Part shown: piece by piece, positions 30,195 to 37,148 of the stretch
How positions within the stretch are numbered: the first letter of the stretch is position 1
Layout: every line of letters begins with the position of its first letter
Virus record (IMG/VR): IMGVR_UViG_2974521666_000001
Reading direction: 5' to 3' (one strand)
Length of the DNA stretch: 64,000 nt
From: a virus
Program-made: the position numbers and the translations under genes
The notes under the pieces: model-generated
Told to the model about the DNA's origin: nothing
The model's input: only the letters and a program-made list of their open reading frames with translations
Databases searched by the model: none

Positions 30195-30332
30195 CCATCC
30201 ATCCTCGGCACAGCGAGTTCAAACTCGTTGTGCCATTAGGGCACTCAAGCAAACTCAATCAGTTTGAGTGCTCCAATGGCACAATGAGTCCGGTTGAGCC
30301 ACAAAAGTTTACGGACAAAGAGGATGGTAACC
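30195..30332 (+). promoter_or_regulatory. leader of first right-arm gene: anti-motif CCATCCATCCTC plus two mutually exclusive hairpins
   Basis: Hairpin A (30207-30234) and hairpin B (30228-30284) share TTGTGCC (30228-30234). CCATCCTC (30199-30206) is complementary to GAGGATGG (30320-30327) at the start site. Confidence 0.45.
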
Positions 30333-30617
30333 ATGTTCGTCGAAACCCGCACCACTGCTGACGAAGTCAAGGCCGAGATGCTCCACGAAGTGGAGTGCTT
30401 GGCCAATCACTTGCTGAGTCAACCGCAAACGGTTGCATGGCATCCCAGTTACACCACCATCTCGAGCCTCCAAGAGGACCGGGCACGGTTTTCTGGGGCC
30501 GTGCGGCTGGTGCGACGGGTGTACGGAGACAAGTTCCCTGATGAGCTGGAGGCCAAAATCGTTCTTGCCATAGAGGCTAACGAACAGGCCATCCAGATCA
30601 AGCGCAGGAAGCGTTGA
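30333..30617 (+). CDS. hypothetical protein (94 aa)
   Basis: ATG 5 nt after AAAGAGGATGG, inside ORF 30294..30617. Confidence 0.6.
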   Translation: MFVETRTTADEVKAEMLHEVECLANHLLSQPQTVAWHPSYTTISSLQEDRARFSGAVRLVRRVYGDKFPDELEAKIVLAIEANEQAIQIKRRKR

Positions 30618-30787
30618 TGCCCACGCCTAGGCCCAACGTTAGTTGGGTAGACGGACACGGCCACCGGCTGTTCGGCACCTTCGTGTGTTGGGACCCTAAG
30701 GATTCCGACTACGCGATTTGCCGGACGGCCGTTGGCCGGTTCAAGGCACGCATCCATAAGTCAAACCTCACCTATGAATGCGGTTAG
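30617..30787 (+). CDS. hypothetical small protein (56 aa), not in ORF track
   Basis: TGATG coupling to the upstream stop. Open frame MPTPRPNVSWVDGHGHRLFGTFVCWDPKDSDYAICRTAVGRFKARIHKSNLTYECG. It fills a gap that would otherwise be noncoding. Confidence 0.4.
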   Translation: MPTPRPNVSWVDGHGHRLFGTFVCWDPKDSDYAICRTAVGRFKARIHKSNLTYECG

Positions 30788-30797
30788 GAGAAAGACG

Positions 30798-31040
30798 ATG
30801 GCACTCACCAATGTTCAAAAGGCTGATTTGGCACATGCCTTGCTGATCCAGGCAGGAAACCTTGTCGAGTACAGGGACCACTACGTGGATCAGTTGCACT
30901 CCAGCCTTCAGAATGCGACTACGGAAGACATTGCGACACAGCTCACTATCTGGCTGCAGCGTCTTCCTGGTGAATGGTGGGACTCAAGGCTTCCGAAGCC
31001 AGACGCTCTTCGAGACGGGCGAAAAGGTTACGGAAGCTAA
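30798..31040 (+). CDS. hypothetical protein (80 aa)
   Basis: ATG 30798 after an AGGAG RBS, inside ORF 30732..31040. Confidence 0.55.
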   Translation: MALTNVQKADLAHALLIQAGNLVEYRDHYVDQLHSSLQNATTEDIATQLTIWLQRLPGEWWDSRLPKPDALRDGRKGYGS

Positions 31041-31049
31041 GAGTCCAAC

Positions 31050-31089
31050 GCGCTACTGGCAGACACCCTGGTTCGAGTCCAGGGAGCGC
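31050..31089 (+). ncRNA. tRNA-like acceptor/T-arm minihelix TLM-1
   Basis: GCGCT-ACTGGCAGACA-CCCTGG-TTCGAGT-CCAGGG-AGCGC. 40 nt, 9-nt gap after stop 31040. Confidence 0.75.
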
Positions 31090-31132
31090 ACAAAGCTGTA
31101 GCGCCGCTACGGCACAACAGAGAGGATGGGAC

Positions 31133-31390
31133 ATGAGCAACTTCGAGTACCAGGCCGTTGATCCTGCTGCCGCTGCAGTCGGGTTTGGCAAGCCGTTGCT
31201 GAACAACCCCAGGTGGGCCGAGGAAAACTGTGCTGACACACTGCTTTCCGTAAAGGCCGGTGGGGCCGGTGATCTGTACCTCACAGATCAGCAGGGCAAC
31301 GTGTTCGTCAAGTTCGATTCGGGGCATCCGGATCAGGTCCACGCCGCAGCACGGTGGTTGTCGGTGTTCATACAGTCCATCGAGAGCTAA
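31133..31390 (+). CDS. hypothetical protein (85 aa)
   Basis: ATG 3 nt after AGAGGATGG, inside ORF 30974..31390. Confidence 0.6.
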   Translation: MSNFEYQAVDPAAAAVGFGKPLLNNPRWAEENCADTLLSVKAGGAGDLYLTDQQGNVFVKFDSGHPDQVHAAARWLSVFIQSIES

Positions 31391-31399
31391 AGGCTCTCA

Positions 31400-31439
31400 G
31401 CCGCACTGGCAGACATCAAGGTTCGAGTCCTTGAGCGGC
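31400..31439 (+). ncRNA. tRNA-like minihelix TLM-2
   Basis: GCCGC-ACTGGCAGACA-TCAAGG-TTCGAGT-CCTTGA-GCGGC. 40 nt, 9-nt gap after the stop. Identical to TLM-6. Confidence 0.75.
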
Positions 31440-31484
31440 ACAAAGCCATACAGTCCGTATGGCCCTTACGAGAGGATGGAAGCA

Positions 31485-31739
31485 ATGATCTGCGCACACA
31501 TTCACTACGGTCCTTTCAATTACGGACACAAGAAGTTTGACAACGTCAAGCAGGCCATGGACTACTTCGAGAACGAGGTTGCCGGTGTCGACTTTGGCAC
31601 TGGCACTTCCGAGCAGAACATGGATTTGTATGAGTCCGAATGGGATTGCCCGTGCAACGACCACATGAACTTCCATGATTACCCCATGGAGCGATTCGTG
31701 GTTGCGGCCGACGGCACTCCTGTGGCGGTGGCCATCTGA
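31485..31739 (+). CDS. hypothetical protein (84 aa)
   Basis: ATG 31485 after GAGAGGATGG (in-frame ATG 31476 is the alternative). Confidence 0.55.
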   Translation: MICAHIHYGPFNYGHKKFDNVKQAMDYFENEVAGVDFGTGTSEQNMDLYESEWDCPCNDHMNFHDYPMERFVVAADGTPVAVAI

Positions 31740-31930
31740 TGGCCGCTGAAGAGTCTGATCTTCAAACTGTGTACGACTGCTACTCAACAATGTTGGAGGC
31801 AGCAGGGGTGCCGGGTGACGAAATCGCCTGGTACCAAGAGTACATGGCCAACATCTTGGATAACGTTGGCACACAAGAAGATCTGCAAGAGGTAGTCAAA
31901 GCCATGGTGTACCTGAAAGGGAGACAGTAA
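31739..31930 (+). CDS. hypothetical protein (63 aa)
   Basis: TGATG coupling to the upstream gene. Confidence 0.55.
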   Translation: MAAEESDLQTVYDCYSTMLEAAGVPGDEIAWYQEYMANILDNVGTQEDLQEVVKAMVYLKGRQ

Positions 31931-31938
31931 GCTAAATC

Positions 31939-31978
31939 GGGGCAACGGTTTTCGGGGAGGTTCGATTCCTCCCGTCCC
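31939..31978 (+). ncRNA. tRNA-like minihelix TLM-3
   Basis: GGGGC-AACGGTTTTCG-GGGAGG-TTCGATT-CCTCCC-GTCCC. 40 nt, 8-nt gap after the stop. Confidence 0.75.
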
Positions 31979-32017
31979 ACTAGGCAACCAAAGTGGTTGC
32001 TAGAGAGGATGGGAACA

Positions 32018-32311
32018 ATGGCTACAATCAAGGCGCGCAACTTTCTCTGCCGCAACTGCCACGTGGACGTTAACGTCACCGAGTGTGGCTGCAACGCAGG
32101 CTCTTACTCAATCACCTCTTGGGATTGTGCTCAGTGCGGCATTGAGGTTGTGTCCAGCGGTGGTCGAGACGTTGACTGCTCCAAGTGCGGGGCCTGCTAC
32201 AACGGCTCCGGCCAGCGTCTTCGCAGCGATTGGCGTAGCAATCCATCGGTTTACGACGACAACGTCGGTGACCTGGAGGGCTACGAACTGCAGCACGCCA
32301 ACGACTGGTGA
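32018..32311 (+). CDS. Cys-rich (zinc-ribbon-like) protein (97 aa)
   Basis: ATG after GAGAGGATGG. Contains CRNC, CGC, CAQC and CSKCGAC pairs. Confidence 0.6.
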   Translation: MATIKARNFLCRNCHVDVNVTECGCNAGSYSITSWDCAQCGIEVVSSGGRDVDCSKCGACYNGSGQRLRSDWRSNPSVYDDNVGDLEGYELQHANDW

Positions 32312-32324
32312 CGTAATCACCGGA

Positions 32325-32364
32325 GGGCCAACGGTTTTCGTAGGGGTTCGATTCCCCTAGGCCC
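32325..32364 (+). ncRNA. tRNA-like minihelix TLM-4
   Basis: GGGCC-AACGGTTTTCG-TAGGGG-TTCGATT-CCCCTA-GGCCC. 40 nt, 13-nt gap after the stop. Confidence 0.75.
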
Positions 32365-32406
32365 GCTAGGTCGTTCGTACGGGACGACCTCACAGAAAGG
32401 ATGGAA

Positions 32407-32745
32407 ATGGCAGCACGAAAGATGAAGGTTGTCAAGTCGATTCAGGTCGAGAAGCCGACGAGGTTTGCCCGCGTTCGGAAGGGCAAGGGGCAGAACAGCA
32501 CTCGAGAGCTTCAGGCCCGGTCACTGAAGGCGGCGGCAAACCACGGTCAGCCGTGGAGCGACGACGAGGTGGCCCGAATCGTGGCCGGAATACAGAGAGA
32601 CGAAACGTCTTTCGAACTTGCGCTGGCTGTAGGACGAAGCTACTACAGCACCATGAGCGCCAGGTCACATGTGGCGTTTGCTATGCGCCACGCCAACGCC
32701 TTGGAGTTGGCCGTCAAGCAGGCAGCGCGGGCCAAGCACCACTGA
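32407..32745 (+). CDS. hypothetical protein (112 aa)
   Basis: ATG 32407 (or in-frame 32401) after GAAAGGATGG. Confidence 0.55.
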   Translation: MAARKMKVVKSIQVEKPTRFARVRKGKGQNSTRELQARSLKAAANHGQPWSDDEVARIVAGIQRDETSFELALAVGRSYYSTMSARSHVAFAMRHANALELAVKQAARAKHH

Positions 32746-32760
32746 CAACCCAATCGTGTA

Positions 32761-32801
32761 GCCCTGGTAAGGCGTACTGAGGTTCGATTCCTCAGCAGGG
32801 C
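32761..32801 (+). ncRNA. tRNA-like minihelix TLM-5
   Basis: GCCCTG-GTAAGGCGTA-CTGAGG-TTCGATT-CCTCAG-CAGGGC. 41 nt, 15-nt gap after the stop. Confidence 0.7.
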
Positions 32802-32844
32802 ACTTTGCCCGGCAAACCAGCCGGCAATTAGAGAGGATGGGAAA

Positions 32845-33012
32845 ATGGTGAATGTGTACAAGATTGACGGTTTGCAGCTGCAGGCGATCAGGGGTTATCT
32901 CAAGAACCCTGATACTCATACCCTTCGGATCATGGTTGATGAGGAGGGTGTGAAGGTCAAGTTCAATCAAGGGCCTTGGTCCCCACCACTCGGGGAACTT
33001 GAAAGGAACTGA
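32845..33012 (+). CDS. hypothetical small protein (55 aa), not in ORF track
   Basis: ATG 4 nt after GAGAGGATGG. Open frame MVNVYKIDGLQLQAIRGYLKNPDTHTLRIMVDEEGVKVKFNQGPWSPPLGELERN. Confidence 0.5.
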   Translation: MVNVYKIDGLQLQAIRGYLKNPDTHTLRIMVDEEGVKVKFNQGPWSPPLGELERN

Positions 33013-33013
33013 A

Positions 33014-33238
33014 ATGGCCGATATCCTATTGGCACATGGTGAAAGCACTTCAGGCACCAAACACACCCTGGAGATCGATCCAATCTACGGAAGTCATGAC
33101 TCAATTGATTGGCTGAAGTGGACTATCATGGGTCCCAACGGGAAACGGCACGCAAGTGTCAAGCTGACCTTGGCTGATGCCGAGGGCATTGCAAACCACC
33201 TGTTGGACATCGTAGAAGAGGCCCGTCGTAACGCATGA
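33014..33238 (+). CDS. hypothetical protein (74 aa)
   Basis: ATG 33014, 1 nt after the upstream stop, with a GAAAGGA RBS. Inside ORF 32999..33238. Confidence 0.55.
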   Translation: MADILLAHGESTSGTKHTLEIDPIYGSHDSIDWLKWTIMGPNGKRHASVKLTLADAEGIANHLLDIVEEARRNA

Positions 33239-33246
33239 CAGGGCGA

Positions 33247-33286
33247 GCCGCACTGGCAGACATCAAGGTTCGAGTCCTTGAGCGGC
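33247..33286 (+). ncRNA. tRNA-like minihelix TLM-6
   Basis: Same 40 nt as TLM-2. The 43-nt identity spans 33246-33288 and 31399-31441. 8-nt gap after the stop. Confidence 0.75.
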
Positions 33287-33333
33287 ACTAGGACAGTGGC
33301 ACGGGGCCACTGCCTTAACGAAAGAGGATGGAA

Positions 33334-34263
33334 ATGACCACCATTGAGAACAGTGTGAATGCAGTTGAGCTGATCGATCTGTCGGCAGCTTGCGAGAAGG
33401 CTGGAATCGGTGGGACAGTTCGCAATACGGAAGTTGGCACCGGTACGCTGTACGTGGTGGCCAAGCTTCCTGACGGGAACTGGGCTTTGGACTACGAAAC
33501 TGATGTGATCGACATTGCTGCTTTTCAGCAGGAGGGTTGGCTCGTTGTGTCCACGGCCACAGACGGCGAGGAGACAGAGCAGGATACCAAACCTGCTACG
33601 TACCAAGACTTCTTCGAAGGTTTGCCCACCTGGTCATACTTCTGGGACGGCCGAAACATTGACTGCCAGTACATCTTTACTGGCTGGAAGCAAAACAAGT
33701 ACGGCGACAACGTTCCTGCGTATGTCCACCACCGGTACATGACAACCAGCTTGATGTCCATCTTGGACCTGGATCACGAATGCCAGTGGGAGGCATTCAC
33801 AGTCAACGGTACGCCCAAGGAGGCCAGTCGCGATTTGCGGCAGGCAATCCGGACGATGTACTCGGCCTTGAAAGAGGCAGAGTCGTACAAGCAACTGCAT
33901 AAGGAAGAAGGTGAGCGGCTGGAGGCAGTCAAGCGTGATTTCCGAAAGCTGAACGAACACATCAATTCCTACGCTGAAGAAACCCACATGTGCGGCGACT
34001 ATGAGCGCCGTATCTACGGCTGGAACGAGACCTTCGAGGTCATGGAGCTCGAGGGCCGTGTTCGCGATTACAATGTGCCCGTACGGGTCCCTGGAGTGTT
34101 CGGGGACACTGAGGTCTGGGTTTCGGGTATCAAGGCCCGTACTCCAGAAGAGGCACGGGAACAGGTGCAGCGCATGACCGCTCAGGAAGTGCTGAACAAC
34201 CTGTATCAATCCGGTTACAGCATGCCGGAGTGGACCGTCGGCGATAGTACTCCGAGGGCCTAG
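33334..34263 (+). CDS. hypothetical protein (309 aa)
   Basis: ATG 33334 (or in-frame 33328) after AAGAGGATGG. Confidence 0.6.
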   Translation: MTTIENSVNAVELIDLSAACEKAGIGGTVRNTEVGTGTLYVVAKLPDGNWALDYETDVIDIAAFQQEGWLVVSTATDGEETEQDTKPATYQDFFEGLPTWSYFWDGRNIDCQYIFTGWKQNKYGDNVPAYVHHRYMTTSLMSILDLDHECQWEAFTVNGTPKEASRDLRQAIRTMYSALKEAESYKQLHKEEGERLEAVKRDFRKLNEHINSYAEETHMCGDYERRIYGWNETFEVMELEGRVRDYNVPVRVPGVFGDTEVWVSGIKARTPEEAREQVQRMTAQEVLNNLYQSGYSMPEWTVGDSTPRA

Positions 34264-34278
34264 CCCCAAAGCAGGGCA

Positions 34279-34318
34279 GGGTGACTGGCAGACATCAGGG
34301 TTCGAGTCCCTGACACCC
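34279..34318 (+). ncRNA. tRNA-like minihelix TLM-7
   Basis: GGGTG-ACTGGCAGACA-TCAGGG-TTCGAGT-CCCTGA-CACCC. 40 nt, 15-nt gap after the stop. Confidence 0.75.
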
Positions 34319-34363
34319 ACAAAGCCGTAGGCGTTCTACGGCCTAGCAAGAGAGGATGGAACA

Positions 34364-34597
34364 ATGCCGCTACCAAGGGGGTTCAAGTTCATACGCTGCC
34401 CCGAATGCAAACGCAAAGGTGTGTCATGTAGATTCAGCGGGCGAACCGGGGAGGACTACTGGCAATGCCGCTACTGCAGCTGGTACTGCTATGCAGGAGG
34501 GGAGGACCGGATTGACGTTGAGCGTCGACGAGCACTTGCTGCAGCCAATCCCGGTGAGCCTATATGGGTTACAGCACTGGACGATGACACACTGTAA
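34364..34597 (+). CDS. zinc-ribbon-like protein (77 aa)
   Basis: ATG 5 nt after AGAGGATGG. Contains CPEC..C and CRYCSWYC. Confidence 0.6.
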   Translation: MPLPRGFKFIRCPECKRKGVSCRFSGRTGEDYWQCRYCSWYCYAGGEDRIDVERRRALAAANPGEPIWVTALDDDTL

Positions 34598-34603
34598 CGG
34601 CAA

Positions 34604-34643
34604 GCCTGACTGGAAGGCACCGACGTTCAAGCCGTCGGCTGGC
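34604..34643 (+). ncRNA. tRNA-like minihelix TLM-8 (slightly degenerate)
   Basis: GCCTG-ACTGGAAGGCA-CCGACG-TTCAAGC-CGTCGG-CTGGC. 40 nt with one U-U mismatch in the outer stem. 6-nt gap after the stop. Confidence 0.6.
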
Positions 34644-34685
34644 GCGGGGTGAGCCACTATGGCTTACTACAAGAAAGGGGATGGA

Positions 34686-35051
34686 ATGAAGCACGTTATC
34701 GCTATTTCAGGCAATGACCTTGCGTACCTTCGCAAGGCAGCCTTGTCGGCGTTTCAAGAGGCCGGTCAGATTGGCGTACTACGCATTTACATTACCGATG
34801 ACGGTAAGCTCATGTTTGGAGCACGGGGTCACGTAACCAAAGTGATTGGTAGGCCCATTAAGGCTTCCGATGAAGAGCGCGAAATGGGTTTGAGTGCCCC
34901 AAGCGGAAATCCGTACGCCAACATTGACGACGATGAAGATGCGCAAGATGCTGCTGAGGCAGTAGGCCTCTCGCTTGAAGAACGTGTTGCACACCTGGAG
35001 GAACTGGTCAAGGGCGAGAACATCGTTGTGATCAACCTCTCAAAGTCCTAG
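34686..35051 (+). CDS. hypothetical protein (121 aa)
   Basis: ATG 34686 after AAAGGGGATGG, inside ORF 34659..35051. Confidence 0.55.
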   Translation: MKHVIAISGNDLAYLRKAALSAFQEAGQIGVLRIYITDDGKLMFGARGHVTKVIGRPIKASDEEREMGLSAPSGNPYANIDDDEDAQDAAEAVGLSLEERVAHLEELVKGENIVVINLSKS

Positions 35052-35063
35052 CAGCGCTAGGCA

Positions 35064-35106
35064 GCCGGCCACGGTTGGTTAATAGTGGTTCGAGTCCACT
35101 ACCGGC
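35064..35106 (+). ncRNA. tRNA-like minihelix TLM-9
   Basis: GCCGG-CCACGGTTGGTTAA-TAGTGG-TTCGAGT-CCACTA-CCGGC. 43 nt with a 14-nt linker. 12-nt gap after the stop. Confidence 0.7.
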
Positions 35107-35153
35107 ACGAAGGCAACAACCCGTTGCCTTACATCAAGATTCGAGGATGGAAC

Positions 35154-35555
35154 ATGAAACGTAATGTGAAAGAAGTCGTGGTTGCATTTCTTGTGACCAT
35201 GGGCCTGTTCTTCGCTCTCGCAGCAATCCACAACGCCGCCGTAACCAATGTGGCCAAGGCAGATCCAGGCGTTGGCTGCGAGACAATTCGTTGGGGTTTC
35301 CTAGGAAGCCAAAGGCGCACCATCTGCGACGGGCCGCGCAGGCCTGACGGCAGCTGGGAGCGTTTGCGTCTGATCTGGACGCCAGCGGGTTACGTGCCAC
35401 GCTACACCTACTGCGGTAGCTACTCATGCTCTTCCAGCGGTGGCTACTACCGGGAGGAGACGCTTCAGGGCAAGGAAACGTATGTGGTGTTTGACCACAA
35501 CGTGCTGCCCGATGAGCCGGGTTGGCTGCCACCGGGAACGGACATTATCCGATGA
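35154..35555 (+). CDS. secreted or membrane-anchored protein (133 aa)
   Basis: ATG 3 nt after CGAGGATGG. N-terminal hydrophobic segment VVVAFLVTMGLFFALAAI. Cys-rich mature part. Confidence 0.6.
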   Translation: MKRNVKEVVVAFLVTMGLFFALAAIHNAAVTNVAKADPGVGCETIRWGFLGSQRRTICDGPRRPDGSWERLRLIWTPAGYVPRYTYCGSYSCSSSGGYYREETLQGKETYVVFDHNVLPDEPGWLPPGTDIIR

Positions 35556-35734
35556 GAGACTGCAGCGAGCATGGAACCAATAGCAACGTATGCGATTTCG
35601 CCGGCTGCTTTGGCCCGGCAAAACCGTACCGTTGCATCTGCGGTGACTTCAAAACGGATTCCCCGAGAGTGCTAGACGTGCATATCCTCTGGGCGAATAA
35701 GTTCAGAGCCAATGTGGAGCACGGCTGGCCGTAG
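35552..35734 (+). CDS. Cys-rich small protein (60 aa)
   Basis: ATGA coupling. Inside ORF 35522..35734. Confidence 0.5.
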   Translation: MRDCSEHGTNSNVCDFAGCFGPAKPYRCICGDFKTDSPRVLDVHILWANKFRANVEHGWP

Positions 35735-35742
35735 CCACAAGA

Positions 35743-35782
35743 GCCGCAATGGCATACACCCAGGTTCGAGTCCTGGGGCGGC
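35743..35782 (+). ncRNA. tRNA-like minihelix TLM-10
   Basis: GCCGC-AATGGCATACA-CCCAGG-TTCGAGT-CCTGGG-GCGGC. 40 nt, 8-nt gap after the stop. Confidence 0.75.
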
Positions 35783-35828
35783 ACGAGTCCTGAGCAATCG
35801 GCTTGGGGCACTATGAAAGAGGATGGAA

Positions 35829-36050
35829 ATGCGAGTAGCAGATGCAGTGAGGAAGACCTCTGGCATTCATCGGCTCAAGGTGGGCGAGATGTTCACCGAC
35901 GCAGATGGTGATTGGGAGGTGACCAGAGAGCCTGTGGTTGATGGCGATTGGGTCGTCGTGTACCTGAGGCCCGTGCCCTTTCACGAGGGCCAGCGCGCTA
36001 GGGCCTACCGATATCCCTTGTCAACTCAGGTGAAGATGCTGCGTAAGTAA
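35829..36050 (+). CDS. hypothetical protein (73 aa)
   Basis: ATG 35829 (or in-frame 35823) after AAGAGGATGG. Confidence 0.55.
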   Translation: MRVADAVRKTSGIHRLKVGEMFTDADGDWEVTREPVVDGDWVVVYLRPVPFHEGQRARAYRYPLSTQVKMLRK

Positions 36051-36094
36051 AGCACTCTGCTGTGGCTACGGGGATTGTGCCAAGTAGAGAGATA

Positions 36095-36159
36095 CCCTGC
36101 AACGGTTTTGGCGTGTTCGAGGGTTACACACCAACAGAGGTTCGATTCCTCTGGCAGGG
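36095..36159 (+). ncRNA. expanded tRNA-like element TLM-11 (extra arm in linker)
   Basis: CCCTGC-[34-nt linker AACGGTTTTGGCGTGTTCGAGGGTTACACACCAA]-CAGAGG-TTCGATT-CCTCTG-GCAGGG. The linker can form GGCGTG/CACACC around a TTCGAGG-containing loop. Confidence 0.6.
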
Positions 36160-36202
36160 ACGACGGTGGGCCACCAGGTCTACCGAACGAAAGGGGATGG
36201 AA

Positions 36203-36619
36203 ATGCGTACGTTTACCTTTGGGACCCAGTATGTCCCAGAGACAAAGGCAGTCCTGAAGTGGGGCAAGTACGCCGACGGCAGCACTGCACTACGTGTTGT
36301 GTCGGAGTACGGTGAGCCTCTGGCTACGGCCACAGTCTGCCTGCGCAACTACAACCTTCAGCCGGGTAAAGGCAATGTCTTCATCTACGGGGACTACAGC
36401 GAACATGTCGGAGTGTTCGAGGCCCTGCGGAAGGCCGGGATTGTCGGTGACCCTGTGAACCGAATTCCCATGGGAGGCTTTGGCGCTTTCGCGTACGAGG
36501 CTCCCCTGCTGTGGAGCGAGCACGAGCCAACCTGTGAGGGTATGGCAGACGTGGACTACCACACCCAAGTTGATGCCATGCTCGAACGAGTGGCACAGCA
36601 AGACAACAAGTCCCAGTAG
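36203..36619 (+). CDS. hypothetical protein (138 aa)
   Basis: ATG 36203 (or 36197) after AAAGGGGATGG. The upstream part of ORF 36062.. covers TLM-11 and is rejected. Confidence 0.55.
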   Translation: MRTFTFGTQYVPETKAVLKWGKYADGSTALRVVSEYGEPLATATVCLRNYNLQPGKGNVFIYGDYSEHVGVFEALRKAGIVGDPVNRIPMGGFGAFAYEAPLLWSEHEPTCEGMADVDYHTQVDAMLERVAQQDNKSQ

Positions 36620-36627
36620 ACTGGGCA

Positions 36628-36667
36628 GCCCGAAAGGCATACACGCTGGTTCGAGTCCAGCGCGGGC
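36628..36667 (+). ncRNA. tRNA-like minihelix TLM-12
   Basis: GCCCG-AAAGGCATACA-CGCTGG-TTCGAGT-CCAGCG-CGGGC. 40 nt, 8-nt gap after the stop. Confidence 0.75.
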
Positions 36668-36709
36668 ACGAGCGCCATAGTGGCGTATCAAGAAAGGGGA
36701 TGGACTGAG

Positions 36710-36916
36710 TTGCATAGAGAAACGGAATTCGTGCTCGCCCGCGAGCTCAGCGATGGCAGCCTACCTCACATGCCACCGGCAGATGAGCTGCCACATCGTG
36801 GCCGAATCACAAGGATTCTCAACGACTCTGGGGTGTTGACAATCGAGTGTGAGGACGGTATGCTCAGCCGAGGGATGAACGCCCCGGTTGAACGGTACAA
36901 GAGGGAGGCTCAGTGA
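36710..36916 (+). CDS. hypothetical protein (68 aa)
   Basis: TTG 36710, 6 nt after AAAGGGGATGG. The track start GTG 36680 lies inside the spacer hairpin. Confidence 0.45.
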   Translation: MHRETEFVLARELSDGSLPHMPPADELPHRGRITRILNDSGVLTIECEDGMLSRGMNAPVERYKREAQ

Positions 36917-37038
36917 ACAAACTGCGGAAGTTGTTGCGAGCCTACAGAGTTTCGCAGCACAGACGCCGGCTGAATGACGAAGCCCATATCGCTTGGGCCA
37001 GATCACTACTGGCAGAACGTGAACGACCGGTAGACTAG
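36913..37038 (+). CDS. hypothetical small protein (41 aa), not in ORF track
   Basis: GTGA coupling. Its stop lies 12 nt before TLM-13, matching the stop-then-minihelix rule. Confidence 0.35.
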   Translation: MNKLRKLLRAYRVSQHRRRLNDEAHIAWARSLLAERERPVD

Positions 37039-37050
37039 TACAGCACAGGA

Positions 37051-37090
37051 GTCCGACTGGCAGACATCAGGGTTCGAGTCCCTGACGGAC
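37051..37090 (+). ncRNA. tRNA-like minihelix TLM-13
   Basis: GTCCG-ACTGGCAGACA-TCAGGG-TTCGAGT-CCCTGA-CGGAC. 40 nt. The core is identical to TLM-7 with a compensated outer stem. Confidence 0.75.
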
Positions 37091-37148
37091 ACGACTTGGA
37101 GCCACGAGGGAGACTCCAAGCACCACAACAGAAAGAGGATGGGAAACA

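Noticed and set aside
34356-34652. Alternative ORF starting at the ATG embedded in the AGAGGATGG motif (98 aa).
   Set aside because: The overlapping frame from ATG 34364 encodes a convincing CxxC..CxxC zinc-ribbon protein and stops 6 nt before minihelix TLM-8. The alternative frame runs through that element.
36062-36202. N-terminal extension of ORF 36062..36619.
   Set aside because: It would translate through minihelix TLM-11. The conserved GGGGATGG motif and ATG 36203 give the same architecture as the other units.
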